From NCBI RefSeq assembly GCF_964355755.1, contig NC_092671.1, positions 8,184,001-8,248,000 of the forward strand: a DNA stretch of 64,000 nucleotides, written 5' to 3'. The stretch comes from Antedon mediterranea (taxonomy: Eukaryota; Animalia; Echinodermata). Numbering within the stretch: position 1 is the first letter of the stretch; every line of letters begins with the position of its first letter. Position numbers and translations under genes: made by a program. The notes beneath the pieces were generated by a model that saw nothing but the letters and a program-made list of their open reading frames with translations, was not told where the DNA came from and made no database searches. Positions 1-12,400 of the stretch are shown here, in pieces.

Positions 1-1606
1 ATTCCTAAATTCTGGTAAGTAAACTTAAGTTGGTGTTGGACGGCTTTTTCTTCGCTTCGTTAACGCAGTAACATATAGATGCCGCGATTAAACATACGAT
101 CCTATTTTCAATTGTAGTAATATTATTATGTTATTGTTGTTTTTTTTTTATTTGTTTATTTTTTTGTGGTTTTTTGGTTTTTTTTTATGTAGTAAGAATC
201 TAAATGTAAAATCGAAAAACGATGGACAAGGCTAAACAATATTCTTAGCCTATAGAGGGCATGTGACGAAATTCTGTTTAATGACACAGTGCGTATAACA
301 CTAAATACAACATGTCATCAACCACAAAATAGGGTGGGGATGTATCATTCTATATCTAGTTAAATGTCAAAGTTGAAGGTCAAAGTTAAAGGTAAAATTT
401 AGAGGGTTAACTGAATGTCACTATACCGCTGATTGTCTGCCGTGTACATGTGCATGTCATCACGATTTGCTTTCTTTGGTAACTTTGTTAGCAGACATGA
501 GAATAATATTTAAAGATAGTTCGTTAAATATTTGACAGAGCCTCACAAGCGGTAGAACAAAGAGTGTGTGTTAAGTGGAGTGAGTGACGCCCGACGGATT
601 TTACAAATAATCAAAACAAACAAAACACACTACGTATACATCCAGACCGAACCAAAATAAATCGAATGTTAGACCTTCCATGGATTATAAATACATAACG
701 ACATATTTAAATATGGGAATATATTTGTAAATAGATATTATGAAAGATACGACGTGGATAAAATGAAAATATGAAACTAAAAGTGGATTTCTAGTTCGAA
801 ACAACATCTTATTTGGTCCGGAAAGCTGATGCCTACATACAATAACTAATTAAATGTTACGTTATTAGGTAATAACGTTGAGCATTAAAACAAATACTTA
901 GGACAGAACATCACATTATTTGTGGAAAATAAAATTCATTTAAAAAGGGACGGTCACACAGAATCATTGAATTATGATGTAACTCGTGTACAAACAGCAA
1001 ACAATAACAATTCCGTAAAAAAAATACTATAGAAAGAAAATTTATGAAGGTTAATTGTTTCTTTAACTATGTAACTTGAACTTATCTTTGTTGTTGTTGA
1101 TCGGCATCGGATTAAAAGTTTCAAGATGATTACATACGATGAGGGCGATATTATCGAAATGTCTAAAACTAACAACTAAATTGAAGTCAAATCAGAACGT
1201 TACAAATGTAAATAGTCCGCCCTCAATTTGAGGAGAAATATAAACCATATAAACTTGAAACTATACATTTCATTACAAATACTACACATAAATCGTACAT
1301 CAAATATAATGGGTAATGATGGTAATTAAACCGACGCTTCCTACCGACGCTTCCTATCCGCGATAACGTGGGTGGGTGTGGTAGGAGGTGTGGGTGGAGT
1401 AAGAGGTGTGCGTGGGGTAGGATGTGTGGTTCTGGTACTCAGCCAGACCCATTATTTAGACGCAAATTAAATTTAAGCAGATGTTATAGATACAACACAA
1501 TTAAGGTTATTAACAATTAATGAGAACATGCATTGAAGTTTAGTTTTAGTTTAAGTTTTAGTTTAAGTTTAGTTTAAGTTGTTTTCAAATTTTGTTTAAA
1601 TGTGCC

Positions 1607-1695
1607 GTAGGGCCCCTCGGAAGAGCATTTTTTTTTTATTACTGAGAGGGCTACCCTACTGAAAGAAAACGAAATAAAATAAAATAAAATAAACA
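1607..1695 (+). mobile_element. 3' end of a LINE/SINE (stem-loop plus (AAATA)n tail), L2/CR1-like
   Basis: gtagggcccctc...gagagggctaccctac hairpin then aaataaaataaaataaaataa. Similar tails at about 50970-51030 (+) and 58600-58650 (-). Confidence 0.55.
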
Positions 1696-2724
1696 AACAC
1701 TAAACAATTTAATTTCCATATCAACACCTCGTAAGGTGATGTCACGTCATTGAAACTTTAAATCAACATTTTCTTTACATAAATGTACGTCTGTGTATAT
1801 AATTGACACCAATTCACACACATACTAAACACGTCGATTGTTAGTTTAACACGGACATTTGGCAAGCCGTTTATAAGGGCCGTATTCAAGTATTTACTTA
1901 ATTTTATCAAGAACTTTTGTCAATCTTAAGTTGATTTACTCACCAACATAAGAACACACAGGCTGCATAAGGCAGGCGGAAACCCTCAAAGTTATAGAGT
2001 TATAACGGCACAATGTGTTCTGTTCGAGATACAACACGTTACGATGAATCGATGCTTTTCATAAAACTATGGCGAGAACAATCATCTGTTGCGTTGGCAA
2101 ATATTGCTAGAATGACATCATTGTGATAAGGAACATTAAGAATGTGACAGAGGGCAACATTAGAAACAGGGGTGTGTTAGCAGAAATATTTTAAAAGATA
2201 ACACGGTACATAGGTTAAATTAAGAATATGTTTCGAACGAAACTAATCTATTAGACCACTATTTATTCTTAATATAGGCTACTAAAATCAACGTTTTAAA
2301 GATAGAATTGCAGGCATATTAAACTTATGTCGATTATCGAATTCTTAGAAAATAGAAATAAGTTGATTCTGGGGTCAATTTATAAATTTTGTATAAGAAA
2401 AAAAAGTGTGTAAATTGTAAGTTGTAAATAATCACTTGTTGGCCCTGATTGAAAAGTTTAACAATGTACGAATAGCATTTTTTTTTAAATGAAGTAAAAC
2501 ATCTGAGCCTGGCAATGTTTTTTACTGGTTATTGTATCAACAACAAATAAAATGTGTGGCCTAGTGAAAGAAAGTTTAATGTGAAAACGTATGCAATCCC
2601 ATTATAACATTTAAACGCCAGACAACAATTTGAATATGAAAGTTGGATATTGATTATGGATTAGAACTTCACTTATATACGTTATGATTATAATTGCATC
2701 ATATAGACAACCGACATATGACTA

Positions 2725-2875
2725 AAGCCCTGTCTACTATCAAACTAAAAAACGTGCCTAAATATGGTAGTGATATGCCCAAATATGGTAGTGATATGAA
2801 ATCATAATGTGCATATTATGATGGGAACATCACATTTTTTTTGTCACATAAAGTTTGATAGTGTAGACAGAGCTT
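2725..2875. mobile_element. MITE family A (TIR AGCTCTGTCTACACTATCAAACT; PIF/Harbinger-like termini)
   Basis: Terminal inverted repeats of about 23 bp, internal cccaaatatggtagtgatatg subrepeats; 5 more copies in the window. Confidence 0.85.
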
Positions 2876-3848
2876 TAGACTGATATACTGTTTAACAACT
2901 ATTCGTTTGCACACAAATGTGCACAAGTTGTGACCATGATTATACTGGTATCAATAATTATGAGTTCACAACAAAAGTTATTAAAGCATATGGAAAGGTC
3001 AACATGTTATTCACATTCTTTGAAAGAACGTCATTATCATCATTTATTATCAGTATATCAACAAGTATCACCGTCACTCTCATCAACATTGTATGTATTA
3101 TAATTATATTATCATCACTATCGTCATACGTATCATCATCATCATTATCATCATTACTATCGTTTTAACATCCTCGTCATTGGCATCACTGATTGGTAGT
3201 TTTCATCATTTTCGTCACCATTGGTCACGAATCAATCATATGTCCGTATAGATTACAATTACAAAATCATAGTAATTATCACCACTCGTAACCAAACATT
3301 TTCCATCGATTTTCACCTTTTATTACATTAATACCTATTTTGTATTCTGTTCACGTTCAGATTAAGGTAAATGTGTTTAGGGTTGCATTATTCGACCGCT
3401 AAATCATTTAGCCTATAACAACAGGTGATATGTAAATATCAATTATCCAGTTATCAGTTTCGGCAACTCGACTAACATCATCGTTCTTTGTTGACACACT
3501 CATGTATGGAACGCCACTAAGAATTAACAATTCAAACGCGCATTAAAGTTGCGGTTAGCCTAATTGCAATCAGAATTGTAATCATTTAAGTTTGTTTACA
3601 ATTTTTTTAAACAATACAATTATAGTATATATTTCAACACCAAATATAGTTCAATAAATTATAATGAACGAAAGTGATGATAATAATAGTTTGACATTAA
3701 CAATATATGGCTTAGGCCTATGTATGATATGCATATCAAGGAATCCTATTCTGAAAAGTAAAAAATGGAATCAAATTGTGGAGCGTAATGTCGAAAAACG
3801 GCAAGAAGGGGAAAGGCCTGAATCGGCTATGCACTCTAGTACGGAGTG

Positions 3849-4112
3849 GAGTTGTGGCCTGGTGGTTATGATGCTTGGCTGCCAATCCAAGGGTCCTGGG
3901 TTCAAGTCCTGTCATATGTCAGGATTTTTTCTAATGACAATTTACAACTCCACTCCCAAAGACTTGTAATAAAGACTTTGTTTATGTAGAGCATTGTGTG
4001 TATATGTTTGTCTCGTGAACGGATTGCCACCTCTAAGAAGGATAGTGAATGAATTTGCTTATGGTTATCCTTGGCAATTTGCCTAAATATATAAAATAAA
4101 AATTAAAAAAAT
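3849..4112 (+). mobile_element. tRNA(Gly)-derived SINE
   Basis: A box TGGCCTGGTGG, anticodon-like arm cttggctGCCaatccaag, B box GGTTCAAGTCC, body and A-rich tail; second copy at 58657-58819 on the minus strand. Confidence 0.8.
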
Positions 4113-5631
4113 ACGGTAAATAGGATGTTATAGACATAACCATTTCGACCATCGTCGTAAAATATCATAAAAAATTATAAGCCAAACTAAGTTAAGTAGG
4201 CCTAAGAAAGTAATACTTTTTAAAATGATTGTTATAAATTACAAAATAATGAATCACTATTATAACATCTTATTTTTTATGGTGGAGAACATCCTAAATA
4301 ATATCACAATCGTCATCGCCAATTATTATATACGCCAAAATATAACGGAACTACTGTTATTGTTTTAAGCATGGAGAAATAAGTAGAGACTTGCCACGTT
4401 TTAAGTGACTATTACAATTTGGTATTTAGAATTTAATATTTCGTTATTAATAAATTAACATACTAAATGCATGCTGTCATTATGTGAACATTACATTTCA
4501 TTAGTGAGAGATAATGATACATTATTCGAAGCACAAAGGGTGAATTAAAAAAAATAAGGTTATTAAAATACTGGAGACTATAATAATTCTAAGTTTTAAA
4601 TTAAATAAATTAAATTTGCTATATTAGGCATAGGCCTACACATCCTCCATTAGACAAGCGCGGACATTTATGGAGGAACAATGGGTTTGAAAAGTTGGGT
4701 TATTTAAGAATATCATGTCATAAATCGAATTAAGTTCACCACTAACCTAGTCTAACAACTTAAAAACTATGAGATTCATTCGTGTTAAGTACAGAATATA
4801 AATTAAACTCATTCATACATAATCGTAATATTGTTTAATGTTCTATGATGCGATAATTCATGCATTTCTCCTTTTAGTAGTCCATACAAAATATACAAAA
4901 CCAAAAGAAATCACCAGGAATATAACAATAGCATCTTCCACAAAAACAACGTAAACTATCAATTTGCACTACGTTGATCCAGGTTATATTGTGGAAGTAC
5001 ATTGACTATGGTTTATAATTACACTGTAATATTAATGTTTAACTGTTAATTCTGTTCTTAAAAATATAAATGGAGTTCCTCCAATATTCATAAAAATGAT
5101 TATGAAATGGTTGCATAAAATCCATAAAGTTATTTTTTACATTCTAAATATTTCGGTTCTATGAAGCTTTAAAAATGAGTATTACGGTATAATATGTTTT
5201 GATAGATTTATTATCTTGTTTTTATCATATCCAATGTAAATAGAATCATTAAGAATGAATATAAAAATACATCATCGTGAAGAAATAATCTCCCTAACCT
5301 AAAGTACCCATTTGCTATTTTTTTAATGTCGCGTCCCGAGAATTAACTTTTATAATATGTTGGGGTTTTATCCTTGCGTTTTCTACGGGATTAGTGGGTG
5401 CGCTTAAAATAGGTCCGGCATTAGTACACGCGAAAACAATAAATAGATATATAGCGGTAATAAAATCTATGTAAAGAATCGCATCTTAATAAAATGCGGA
5501 AGATGAGTTTATCGTCTGGTTGTGACCTAGCGTAGCGTGGAATATGTTTGTATTGATTGTAAAGGTACAGCGTGCAAGTTAAATACAGACAAGATTATTA
5601 TTAAGACATTGGTAAACATTTAACACAGAGA

Positions 5632-5735
5632 ACGCGCGTCTCAGGTGATCTATTGGTCACACGTCATCACGTGACGATACCGAGTCGAACCAATATCGAG
5701 TTTAGAGTATTGTACGTACAGTGGTTGTCATTTCA
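5632..5735 (+). promoter_or_regulatory. Putative Hox1 proximal promoter
   Basis: CpG-rich cluster 30-130 bp before the ATG: inverted CCAAT (ATTGG 5652-5656), CRE half-sites (ACGTCA 5661-5666, TGACG 5672-5676), E-box TCACGTGA 5667-5674, CCAAT 5690-5694, Inr-like TCATT 5728-5732. Confidence 0.55.
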
Positions 5736-5764
5736 AAGTCAGCTAAAAAGAGTCGAAGCATTTA

Positions 5765-6449
5765 ATGAGTCTCACAGTTAGTTTACAGCCTTGCTTCAGT
5801 AACTTTCCAAAGGTTGCGGATAAAGTAAGAAATTTGGTCGATTCTTACGATTTCTGTAGTAGTGAACACGACAACATGTATTCGGGGAATGCGGCGGCCA
5901 CGGCTGCAACGGATCTGAGTTATCACTCTTTACCTATATCACATTCAGGTTCATATCATGGACATTATACATCAAGACACGATTCGGACAATCGATTGAT
6001 GAATTACCCCTTGCAGACAGCTGCTACGTATCCCTCGTGGAACGGGGTATCAAATAATTCGGAATGCACGTCTAACAGTCTCGCACCATCCTCGTCACCG
6101 TCAGGTTATCACAGTTATAGCAATGCAGTTTATAGTTATAATATGAGCCTAAACCATTACCATCATGATACTGAACATTCCGGGGCACAAGATTACCCCC
6201 ATATTCAAAGAAATGTACACCTACAAACGGCGACATGTCCGTCTGCGTATACAAACAGGGAAAGCATTTCAAACGCGCGGGAGACGGCGGTACACGCCCC
6301 AGTCTCGGATACTGACGGATCTGGCACAGCACTGGGGATAGACAGTGATTCTCCCCCTCCCACCCTGACAAATCTTGATAATCCTCAAGTCAACGGAGAG
6401 GCGGCTGTATATAGCTGGATGAAAGTGAAAAGAAATCCTCCAAAAACAG
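5765..6449 (+). CDS. Hox1: Hox1 exon 1 (Ser/Tyr/His-rich N-terminal region plus Pbx-binding hexapeptide)
   Basis: ORF 5765..6577 truncated at the GT donor 6450; [11 protein letters not shown] is diagnostic of Hox1. The start ATG could alternatively be the internal Met at about 5876. Confidence 0.92.
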
Positions 6450-9400
6450 GTAAGATATATCTTCTTTTTTTAAAATATAATTCTTATTGTCGAGCGACAA
6501 AGCTCATCTTAGATAACAGTAAATCCGGATGGATTACCAGTCGTCTCCTCATCGCATCTTTTCCACGAGTAGAATAAGACTAATAGATTTGAACGATATA
6601 AAATCAGAGAATAGAACGTAGAAAATCAATTCATAACGGACACGAAGATTGTGATCAAGTACTGCTTGCTGACTGACCGCGTATTATGACCTAGCTCTAG
6701 TAAAGTTGAGCTTCGGGCAAAAGATTACTTTAATGGTGGTCTATTCCAAGACACAAGAACATATATATCCCGACCGATTTGTAAAATACGTTAACGATGA
6801 ATTATAGTCTCTATTTTCCATCCGGTTATATGGAATAAGCTCAGTCGGTAAGTAAATAGTTATCTATAGGGAAAATAGTGTATATTAAACATATGTTTTT
6901 GCTTTATTATTTCAAAAAAAATACATAAAATATACAACGTATGTTGCTTAAACCGAAACTAAGTTCTGTAAAATAGCATTTTTTAATTTGTATTTTCTCT
7001 CAAACTTCAAAACATTCTTGTCTAAAATGATTGAAATCACCGGAGGGGGTATACACGTTAGACATATATATAAAAAAAAATGTATAGAATCTACTAAGTT
7101 AATATTATACAATCGCATTTGCACAACCAATCTATTTAAGATCTGTCCGTTTGTACTGAAACCATTCAAAACAGAAAACGTGCCATAGTTTGACATTTGT
7201 TTTAAATACCGAACCATAATTAATCCAGTAAATTTACTGCAGTATTACTAAACATATTTCATTTAAAATGTATACGGGAATAGTAAAAATTATCTATATC
7301 ATTGTACACCTTTAAACATGAAATGAACTTACAGTGTAGGCCTACACAATCGGGTGCGTTTATGTAATGTTTAAACCAGGATAGTGATAACACTATACTT
7401 TTCCCCAATAGATGACTTCAACCAAACCCTCAACATAAAACAGGGTAGGCCTAGCCTCTACTTATAATGAGTTCCATTATTAGCTTTTGAAATAAATGGT
7501 ATTTAGTTCGGATCAGTACATTGTTGATAACTCAATAAACAACACACACACACACACTGGTTATGTTGTATACCATAACAACAAACTTTGAAATTATTAG
7601 TAAAATGCATAACGCTGTCAAGTGTGTTCTACGATCTATTTTAAAAGAAACGTGATTTTTTAAATACTATAATTTTTGTTTTACTATAAATGAAACACCA
7701 TCTGATTTATTTTCAAATATGAAAACATCATATATTGCAGAACTGTGTTATGTTTCTTCATATCAACTTTGGTAATCTATTAATAACTCACATAGCTCTG
7801 ATCAATATGTACTTTTTAACTATTAATTTAAATAATACAGTTACTATAGTTGTTTTTATTTGCAAAACCTCGATAAATAAGTAATTCATTCAAGACAATT
7901 GCAAACTAAGTTTGAAAACTATGAGCCTGAATAGGCATAGGCCTGTCTGTAGGCTAACGGTGCTACAGAGAATCGGTGGAAGCAAACAGGCTAGCCCTTC
8001 AATAACTGCAGGGGTTATAAAGCATATATGCCTATACAATATAGCCCTTACGAATTACTTTTTATTCTGTTGATGTTAGTTCGTAACCTATCGATTCATC
8101 TCCATTCTCTAGTTGGCATGTTTACGCAAGAGCTTTAGTCCGTGCTTAAACGAGATTTCAAGCCCGATCTAAGTCGTCTCGTATCATTCATATACTTACT
8201 AATGGGCCTGATGTTAATTAATTCATAATCACAAATTATAATCATAACACATTTGTCGTCATATTTATGATTGTTAAAGCATAGCTTTTCTGGTAATTTG
8301 GAATATAGGCCTATTTGATTTAGTGGAGGTAAATTCAAAAGCTAAAGCTTGGAAATTAAATTTATGATATTATCTCTCATGATGTTATATACAATAGGCC
8401 TAATAAGAATCACTTTTCCTAAATGTTTTGGTTTGCCTAACTATGTCTTTTGTGTACAGGGAAATAACATTGGAAGGTATTGCATATACTGTGTCGCTAT
8501 AAGCCCGGTGACTAATTACTAAAAATAATATGTGAATAATCTCTTAGGGTATTTGCTAATTCTCACTCTATGTAATTGTCAGTCTAGTATTGTTTATGTT
8601 TTCCAAATATTAATATTAAACACACTGATAATAGACCATGCATAAATGACATTATAATATTTTTTAGACGTAAATACAATAATCTAATTTCAAGTCACTT
8701 TACACGTGAGAGAATATGGAATTAGGCCTACACAAATAAAATAAACAGTTATACTAGGCTACACAGTGTTTTTTATAAAACATCGTCGATCAATACTTTT
8801 CTTCTGGTCGGTTTCCTGTGTTATTATATATTTTCAATTGTTGCTACAAAGGCTTAGCCACGTGTAGGCTGCTGTACTAAGTATGAATATTAGAGATACT
8901 GAAGTCATTAGTGAAAATAAAATATTATAATAAACATTAATTCGGCCTAATTTAATCATAATTTGATCATTTATTTTAATTAGTCTATTCTAGTATTCGT
9001 TAAAGTTGCTAATTAGAGCATTATCAAAAATTCAATGTATTAAAATATAATCAATAGACATCTCCTTTCAGTTTGCAGTTAAATACAGGCGTTATTAACC
9101 TATCATTAAAAGAATATAATATACAATTAAAGTTTAAATTAATCGGCAATATTTAAAAAAGTATTGTCTATTTTAAAGTAATAAGCAGTTGTGGATATAC
9201 AGATGAAGTAAATTAGGTCTACCGTGTGCGTTAAACGCCTTCGTCACATCATAAATATACCATGTTTTATAGTAGGGTACAGTTTTAAGAATTGGTTATA
9301 CATAATAGTATTACAAATTCAACTTATGTCAACCATAACAAAAACCAATATATTAGTTTTGTGTAAATATTCACATACATTTTATGAATTAATTAGAAAT

Positions 9401-12400
9401 TATTACAAAAACCTAACCAACATATTTCAAATTTAAATATTAATTTTGAAGCATAACAAAACAATATGGCGTTCACGGTTACGGTTGAATTTTCAGCTGG
9501 GAGGCGATGATAATCTTTAATTAATATTACCGTTCCATACAATTCATTTCTAAACAATGTCAATAATTAAGCATTATTATATTACCAATATAATTAATTT
9601 CTGTTTGTTTTGCTCATCTCGTTGACTTTAAAGTTGCGGTAGTAAACATATATTGTTAGTGATCAGGCCTATGTTTGCTAAGGCCACTTGTATATTATCC
9701 CATGGAAAGAATATAAGAGCCAGTCCAAATTATTTGGCCGTATTTGATCAGATGTTAGGGTGTTTGAGATACGGTTTAAAGGCGTATATTATTATTGCGT
9801 AGACTATATCTATATATATTCAATCACATACAAATTTGTTTTATTCTATAACTTATTTTGATTTATCAAAACTAATCATTGTATACAAAATTATTGGACA
9901 ACAAACATGCAATCTGAAAATAACGTAAAAAAAGGTAGACTTAGCCTACCATTCTGTGGGGAAAGGTAGGTAGGGTCTTACTACCTGTAAAAATTATGGC
10001 TACATGCTTGTTAATATGACAACAAAGATGAAGAAAAAAAACCAAATCAATGAGTTTTTGTATGTACAAATTTTTTTTTCACAAAAATAAATTTATTATT
10101 TCAATTTCAGTGATGGTGTTGATGAAGACGGAAGTACGGGGGATTTTCCCCATACAAATAAAACTCCTTGTTTAGTTACGGTGTATAGGTAGTATATAGT
10201 ATAATACTATTGGTCAAATCACACTATGTTTCGCTCTCGTCTGAAACGCATGTTATGAATTATAGGCCTAGCGTGCATTTAATTGGAAATATATGTAGAG
10301 TTGATACAAAACGTATCGTTCCAGTGTACCCTAAACACCATTAACACCGTGCTTGTTTCGTAACAGCTTTCTTGACCTTTTATCGGGCTAAAGCTATTCT
10401 CAGTATACGATCATTATTTTATACAGTACGAGTATACCGGTGAAAACCATTTTTTTGCTACTAAACCTCTTCTATTTATCCGGCACAATGAACGTTTAGA
10501 GATCGATTCTTCTGACCGATTTCTTTCTTTTATTTCCGACAGTGAGGTTTATGTATTTCCTGTGATCATAATGAAAATATAACAAATCTCACACCTTATC
10601 CATGTAAATACCATAACAATATGATAACTATGCTATATACACTATATATTATTTTTGGGTACCTAATTTGATGATTGCTACAATCGATACATTATACATT
10701 ATTGATGAATTACAATACGTATCGATAGTAAATTAACCTATAAATAATTACGAAAATGAGACAATTAAAGACAATGATTTAAACTGAAATATTTCAATAA
10801 AAGAGGCTTTTCGAGTATTTCTCGTGTTGTGGTTTTAGTGTAAAGATAATATCGCTTAGTTACAGTATGCCACTATAGATTAGTATACACTTGATTTCGA
10901 TTGGCTACGTTTGTTGTTTTATAATCAAGTAATATACAAGTACTAGTTTATTTTACTGAATTTTACTTAAATTCAATTTATAACATCATTTAGTTAATGT
11001 CCACCCTAAAGAACAAATAGAGTTTTAATTGAGTTTAGTCATTTTCATCTTTTTGTGTATTCTATTAATTTATTCATAATGGTCTAATTATTTCTTGTTC
11101 TTTCACCTCTGGCTAGTAATGAATTAGTTTCTAATGGTTAGTTTTACTAATATCATTACTTTAAGTGTCTTCTAACTTCATATTGATTTTAAAATATTTC
11201 TTTTTGTATACTTATATTGATTATTTCATTAAACACCGCGTTAAAAATTATAATGATGTCAACAATGTCGAACCATAGAGTAATATCTCTATGGTCGAAC
11301 CGATTTTGTGTTGACCATTATAATTATGATTTATGCAAATGAGGTGGTGATTAAGTCCTAGATAGTAAAAATTGTAAATAGAGAATTCGTCGAAATCGAA
11401 TGCCATAAAACTGAAAGATGTGACGTCCCTATTTATCGCATGCGCAGTGTCTGTACGCATACGACGACAGGCAAGTGTCATGTAACATTGATAATGATTA
11501 TGATATGATAAAGATTGTATATGATTGATTACGATATCCATGTTGATATTGACGACTATTGGGACATTGACGACTGATTGTGACGGTGACGAAAACGAAG
11601 ATGATGACAACCATGGTGATAATGATGATGTATTATAGTACAGTACAACCTCTCTGTTGGGTACACCCCTGTTTAGGAGGAATGAGGGGAAACACATTGT
11701 CACTGCCATCCCTATTCAAGGGACACCGTTATTTAGGAAACACTTTGTGGGGTCTTTAATGTCTCCTTAATATGGTTGTACTACAGAATAGGCCTATTAA
11801 CAAGGTCATTCTGCTACAAGGTCGTCTACAACAAAACATCTCCATATTTCTATGGCGTACTAATACACTTCTCTTCAAAGTGTTATTAATAATAAAAACA
11901 ATTGTGTCCAGTATCATTATCGTTATACTAATATTCCACTTATATTATCATTGTTGTTAAATGAAACTGAACCAACAAATAAGCGACTTGTTTAATAACC
12001 ACGATGACTTCATAATAAGCCGCTGAACATTAATCAAAATATTACGTCAAATCTGACATAAATTGTAATTATTCCACTATGAATCATAATTATAATGAAA
12101 ATGAGTATGAGCATTCTTAATGCTTCGATTGGCTATCAATTAACACCTTATATCTTTAGACACTCAACTGTCGAACTTTGTCCTAGCATGATTCAAGTGT
12201 CAGCGATTAAAGTATTATTATATTTTTTGTTTAATCGCATGTAATTAAGTTTCTTCATATTCAAGAGATTCAAGTGAGCAAAACAAAATATATTTTAATT
12301 ATATAGGGTCTGAACTTACCGTCGCAAATTAAAATGGTAGGCAATTGGTCGTGTAGTGGAACATTATATTTCCCCTCATTAATTTCATATGGGAAAGAGT

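Noticed and set aside
3849-3920. tRNA-Gly gene
   Set aside because: No proper acceptor stem; continues into a SINE body shared with the copy at 58657-58819.
6450-6577. ORF-track extension of Hox1 exon 1 (GKIYLLF...)
   Set aside because: Read-through into the intron past a consensus donor at the conserved post-hexapeptide position.
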